A DNA stretch of 6,982 nucleotides, from the NCBI GenBank assembly GCA_000388065.2, contig KB932206.1, one strand, 5' to 3'. The notes under the pieces were generated by a model. The model had not been told where the DNA came from. It searched no databases and was given only the letters and a program-made list of their open reading frames with translations. The position numbers and the translations under genes are program-made. The stretch is from Fonticula alba ATCC 38817. Taxonomy: Eukaryota; Protista; Nucleariida. This document shows, piece by piece, positions 1-5,464 of this stretch (the first letter of the stretch is position 1; each line of letters starts with the position of its first letter).

Positions 1-26
1 GGGCCCCCCCCCCCCGGCCGCGCGCT

Positions 27-49
27 CCCCCCCCCCCCCCCCCCCCCCC
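27..49 (+). repeat. C23 homopolymer
   Basis: Direct count of the C run. Confidence 0.95.
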
Positions 50-77
50 TCGTCAGTTCTCTATCCTCCCTCGCGCC

Positions 78-145
78 ATGTGCGCGCGCGCGCACCCACA
101 CATGTGCATATGTGTGTGTTTGCACATGGACACGCACACATATGC
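78..145. repeat. Alternating purine-pyrimidine tract (GC/CA/TG/AT mix)
   Basis: atgtgcgcgcgcgcgcac...catgtgcatatgtgtgtg...cacgcacacatatgc, with a few interruptions. Confidence 0.75.
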
Positions 146-417
146 CTCCCCTCCCCTCCCCCCCCCCTGCGGTTGTGCGCGCGCCCTGTGGCGCCCGGCC
201 CATTCACACTCCCGCGGCAGGACAGGCCTCCTCCCTTCCCCCCTTGCCCAAAAGGTGGCGTGCCCCCTCTACCGATACACGGCGGCACACATGCCTTGGC
301 CCTGCCGCAGTCCAATACACTCAAATATCTTATCCTCCCCTCTCCGGGCTGTGCCGTGCCTCCCGGCCTGGCGGGACGCGCGCACTGCCTCGCCCGCAGG
401 AGGCCGCTAGCGTCAGA

Positions 418-445
418 GGGGGGGGGGGGGGGGGGGGGGGGGGGG
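418..445 (+). repeat. G28 homopolymer
   Basis: Direct count of the G run. Confidence 0.95.
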
Positions 446-471
446 TGGACGCCAAAATGGGACAGAGGCAC

Positions 472-502
472 TTGCCAAAAAAGAGAAGAATCAAAAGAAA
501 AA
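472..502 (-). promoter_or_regulatory. U-rich tract downstream of the stop codon, possible 3'-end processing element
   Basis: The sense strand reads CTTTTTCTTTTGATTCTTCTCTTTTTTGGCAAG, a strongly AT-rich patch about 300 nt after the stop. No AATAAA seen. Confidence 0.25.
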
Positions 503-786
503 GCACGGCACAAAGGGCAATAGCCCTCCCTGCCCGGCTCTTTCCCACCGTGTCCTTGCGACCAAGCGTGCGGTCCCCTCCCCTCCCCCGGCCGGAGCAC
601 AGACATGCCCGACGGTTGGTTCTGAATGTCGATCAGCGCCAAATGGTCACGTTAGCATGCGATAGCACATCGCAGGCAAGCCCACAATCGGCCCCGGGTC
701 CTTCGGGGGTCCTTGCTCTCTTTCCTCCTTCGCACGCCGGCCCGGCGTCGTCTATTCCCTGGTGACACACGGATGGCGAGGCAAAG

Positions 787-888
787 TCAAGCGGGGACAT
801 CTTCTCGGAGGAAGGTCACCAGGCAGCCAGATGCGATGCACTGGATGGTCTCCTGCAGTGGCCCAAGCACGGACTGGGGGAGGTTGTT
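787..888 (-). CDS. CDAN1: Terminal exon 9 ([33 protein letters not shown])
   Basis: Acceptor CATGTAG ends at 889 (136-nt intron 8), phase 0. 33 codons with amphipathic-helix character, then TGA at 789-787. This frame is not in the ORF track. Confidence 0.72.
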   Translation of the reverse strand, partial: NNLPQSVLGPLQETIQCIASGCLVTFLREDVPA

Positions 889-2687
889 CTACATGGCAGC
901 CGCCACGGTTGTTCGAAGGGGGGCGTGGCCGGTGTGAGGGAGGGAGGGGGGGGCGGGGGCGGGGGTGGGGGCGAGGGACCGGCCGGGGCGGGCAGAGGCA
1001 CGCATGGCAGGGCGTTCGGCGTACCTGGAAGTGCAGGTCAATGGATTGGCGCAGGCGCTCGCACGCGGCCAGGCGACCGCGCAGGAGCATGATGGGATCG
1101 GCGGCCGGTGCCGAGCCCGGGTCGCTGGTCGGGTCAAGCAGTATCCGGCCCAGCGCCAAGGGGCCGGGCCCCACAACGCAGGCGTCCTGCAGGGCCAAGC
1201 GCAGCAGCAGGAGGCGCTCCCGAAGGAGGGCCTGCATGTTGGGCTCCGTGCTGGGGGCCAGATCCTGGAAGCCGAGGAGCGCGTCGCGGACAGCCAGCAG
1301 CAGGGCCGGCAGGGCGTCCGAGGGCGGGCCCGCGGCCGGTCCCTCGCGCAGCCACAGCCGATGGGCAACCCTCGGCGAGGACTCCGGGCCCAGGCAAAGG
1401 GCCGTTCGGCAGGCGGAGCACGGGGTGGCGGCCGGCATTGGCCGGGCGGCCACTTCGAGGGCCGGGCGCTTGTGCTGCCGGTCGCCAGCCGCCGGGGGAT
1501 CCTGCGTCAGACGGAGCCAGCGCTTGTGGAAGGACCGGATGCTGGCCACCGTGGCGATGCTGACTCGGCCGTCGCCGGGGCCCAGGGCCATGGCGCCGGA
1601 CCCGGCGCCAGATGGCCGACCATGGGCCGACAGCCAGGCCTCCTCATTGGCCCCGATGCTGGCCAGCGCCAGGGTGAGGCTGACATCGGCAGGGTCGCCT
1701 GGAGCCGGGGCCGACGGCCGAGACGGCTCGTCCCGGGCCAGGGCCGTGCCTTGGACCACCAGCCGGGCGCAGAGCGCGCTCAAGCGCGTCCGGCCGCAGC
1801 TCACCGAAAAGAGCAAGGCATAGTGTGCCACCAGGGGAGGGGTGTCTGCTCGGGAGGCGCGTGTGTGCGAGAAGGCGATCAAGTGGAGGAGGGTGAGCGG
1901 GCATGGGGGGNNNNNNNNNNNNNNNNNNNNNNNNNNNNNNNNNNNNNNNNNNNNNNNNNNNNNNNNNNNNNNNNNNNNNNNNNNNNNNNNNNNNNNNNNN
2001 NNNNNNNNNNNNNNNNNNNNNNNNNNNNNNNNNNNNNNNNNNNNNNNNNNNNNNGGGGGGGGGGACGCACCCGGCGGAAGCAAGGCCCGCAGGGCAGCCG
2101 CAATGCGGTGCTCCAGCTCGCGGAAGACCCCGTCGGGCCCCGGTGCGCCGGTGTGCGGAAGCATGTCCCCGGCGGCGAAGGGGGCCGGGCAGCGGAGCTC
2201 GAACAGGGGCCCCGACGTGGCGCCGGCCCCGACAAAGTCCGCCATGGATTGGACCACCTGGGCGAAGTCCGGCGGCAGGGGCCCCTCGGCCGATGGAGGC
2301 CGTGGCCGAGGGGCCGAGGCTCGAGCAATCTCCATGTTCATGGCGATTTCCAGGCGCGCCGAGAAGACGGCCAGGGCCGACCGCGTGGCGATCACTTCGC
2401 CGAGGGACCGCAGCCCGCTGTGCTGCAGCGAGAACCACCGGATCAGAGACCGCTCGCTCGTGGAGGGGGGCTACAGACGGGTCAGCAGACTGCCCGGGGG
2501 CAGGGCGGCGGGGTGGGCAAGGAGGCGAGGGGGCCATGAGGGGGCAGGTGGGGAGGAGGCAGAGAGCCGCGCGCCTGCCTGCCTGCCTACCTGCCTGCCC
2601 GGCCTCGGAGTGTCGATGCCCGTACCTCGGGCTCGGTGGCGGGCGAGGGATTCAGACGCTTGGGGGCCACCCTACGGGGAGGCGCGG

Positions 2688-2723
<36 letters not shown>

Positions 2724-3267
2724 TGGTGGCGGCGGGGGCAGCCGATGAGGCCGTCAGGGAGGCTGGTGGCCGGGCCACGCCGGCCATGGTGCCCGCTGGT
2801 GCCGGGGATGCGGGTGTCGCGGAGGATTGTTCGACCATGGCGGCGACGTGTTCCACAGGGCTGGGATGGCCGCCAGGCCCGCGCAGAGCATCGCGGCTCC
2901 ATACCGTGGCGGCGTGCGACGTGCCGAAGAGCATGCCTAATAGCCGGCTGACGGCGGGCGCGGGCCCGAGCGCCGCCAGCAGGCCGGCCGCCCAGGGGGA
3001 CAATGTCAGTTCGACGGCCGGCCCATCGGCGGGCCGGTCGAGCGTGGCAACAGGCGCAGGCGTCGTGCCGACGAGAGTGGCACTCGTTTGAACGTGCAGC
3101 ATGGCCGCAAGGCGGAGGGCGGCCCCGGCCAGCGGGAGAGACCCGCGGCTTCCGAGACCGGGAGACCGGCACAGCAGCCGGCCGAGCAGTGTATGTGCAT
3201 TGCGCAAGGCCATCCCCACGGGAGGCTCGGCAAAAAGACTGCACCATGTGACGGGAGAGGGAAGAGG

Positions 3268-3312
<45 letters not shown>

Positions 3313-4875
3313 GTGTGCGTGTGTGCGTGTGTGTGTGTGTGTGTTCCCGTGTGTGTGCGTGTGTGTGTGTGTGCGCGTGTACGCGCGAGGGAAAGAGGGG
3401 AGCACCGTCAGCGGTCAACATCCAGACGGAGGGCCACCCCCATGCAAAGGGCCACGCACCCCGGCCAGGCACGCGCATAGGCCAGGCACACGGGCAGTAC
3501 GATGAGCAAACGCCCGAGGGCGTCCATGGTGTCGGTTGAGCGTGGGCTGTCGCCTGGCCCGGCAACCGCCCAAGTGAGCAGGGCATCCACCCGGAGCGGT
3601 CCAGCCGCCCGGCCGAGCAACAAGCGGCGGGGGTCGTCACTCGGCGGAGGGTCCGACTCGTTGGAGCTCGGGCCGAGGGCCGCCCGGGCCAGGTCAAGTA
3701 GCCGACGGTCGACAGCCCCGGCCGGCGGCGAGGGGGGGCCCAGTCGCCCGGGGGCCGATGCCCCGCCGGCCAGGTGCTGGGCGATGCATGCATGCAGCTT
3801 CCCGAGGAAGACACACAGGTAGATGCCATTCACCAGGGAGGGCGTCCCGTGGCCGGTGCCGCTCAAATGCCGGAGGACTGGCCAGCTGGTGTCAGAGTAG
3901 CCGGGCGGGTGGGTGGGGGGGGGGGGACATGTTCCGAGTGACCGGGCCCCGGGTCCAGGGGAGAAGAGGAGGGGGGGGGAGGCGGGAGGGGAGATGAGCG
4001 CACCAGATAGCAGCCGCTCCAACACCAGCGTCTCCACAGCCCGGAGAAGGCGGCTGTGGTCGGCAGCACGTAGAAACTCGAAGGCGAAGGCTTCCTGGTC
4101 CGAGTCGAAGGCGGTTTCGGGCGGCCCGGCCCCGAGCCAAGAGACCGGGGCCGTGCTGCCGGCAGGCGTCCATGAGCACACCGCGCGCGGGAGAGGCGCC
4201 GCGCCCTTGGCGTTGGCGGTCGAGGCGGCGCCTTTCGCCCCTGCGACCGGGGCGCCGGGTTGCGCACCGGTCCGCGCCGCCGGGCCGGCCAGTCGCTGCT
4301 CCAGTAGGCGCTTTCGCCGGGCGGCCGCGTCCTCGGCCTGATGGGCACCGGACAGAGGGAGCACCAGGCTACCAGGATGGCGGACCGGGCGTTGGTGGCG
4401 CTGGTAAGAGGGTCGAAGAGGGGAGCGGGCGGGGGGGGAGACAGGGGCCACAGCTCCAAGGCCGCGAGGGGGGAAGAGACCCAGCGCACCGGTTCAAGCA
4501 GAAGCCCAGAAAGGCCCGGGCGAAGACATCCAGCATGCGGTCATGCCGATGCCCGGGGGTTGAAGAGCGGCCCAGCGACACATCCCACTCGGCCGGCGCC
4601 GGGCCGAGGGCACAGTGAACCGTCTGTCGGGCCTTTTCGACAAGCCACCACTCGGCCTGCGGCCGGGCGGCGCCGGGGCCGGTGCCCGGATCGGCCTCGG
4701 CCAGGCCCGGCGGCCCTTCGGCCAGCTGTGCGCTCGCCGCGTAGGACCCCTCGATGTCGAAGAGCCGAGCCGCCTCGCTCAGCATGTCCAGAGCCCGCTC
4801 GAGGCGCGAGTCCAGGTAGTGCCCGGAGAGGCCAACTATGCGTGCGCGCGCGAGCACACAAACATACACACGCAT

Positions 4876-4970
<95 letters not shown>

Positions 4971-5405
4971 TCGGGGGAGTGGGTACGGGGGGGGGAACAC
5001 AGCACCAGCGAGGCGCGCGTCACCGGGGAAAGGCGGGGCCAGGAGAGGGACACAGCGCCAGCGAAGCGGTTGGGTCAGAGCCGGCGGGACGCGGACGGGG
5101 CAAGGGCAGCTCGGCCCGGGACCGGGAATCGCACGCACCGAACGTGGACGAGGGGGTGTCCCAGGCATGGCCGCCGTCGGGCAGCATGTCGGCTGGGGGG
5201 TCTTCCGGCCGGGGGTCCGGGTCGGAGCAGCCCAGGCTCCCGGCCATGACTGCCAAGCAGAGGGCCATCGGGCTGGCTGAAGAGTCGAGCCCCTCGCCGG
5301 GGGCCGACGGCGCGGNNNNNNNNNNNNNNNNNNNNNNNNNNNNNNNNNNNNNNNNNNNNNNNNNNNNNNNNNNNNNNNNNNNNNNNNNNNNNNNNNNNNN
5401 NNNNN

Positions 5406-5464
<59 letters not shown>

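Noticed and set aside
61-642. 193-aa minus-strand ORF, and 330..548, as a downstream gene
   Set aside because: They read through the G28/C28 run and the RY repeat, have atypical codon usage and no recognisable motif, and are more consistent with UTR or intergenic DNA.
656-712. Small hairpins (GCATGCGAT/ATCGCAGGC; CC-TTCG-GG) as an ncRNA or terminator
   Set aside because: Short imperfect stems are expected by chance at this GC content, with no tRNA, snRNA or other family signature.
790-822. C-terminal CLVTFLRE resembling the recalled human N-terminal FLLNFLRE (circular permutation)
   Set aside because: It fits the recalled human C-terminal helix (SNLFLAE) about as well, and the match is too short to support a permutation.
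1394-1420. CSACRTALC, and CPGC at 6113-6124, as a zinc-binding site
   Set aside because: Isolated CxxC pairs far apart with no matching ligand pair or known finger spacing.
965-2539. 524-aa plus-strand ORF and other long plus-strand ORFs (762..1823, 1842..2951, 4341..5249, 4838..5743)
   Set aside because: They are antisense shadows of GC-rich exons, Arg/Gly/Ala-rich, run through N-gaps and microsatellites, and show no recognisable motifs.
4876-5464. Regular repeats as a CRISPR array or a THAR/CVRA repeat protein
   Set aside because: This is a pure 4-nt microsatellite with no spacers, located inside an intron.
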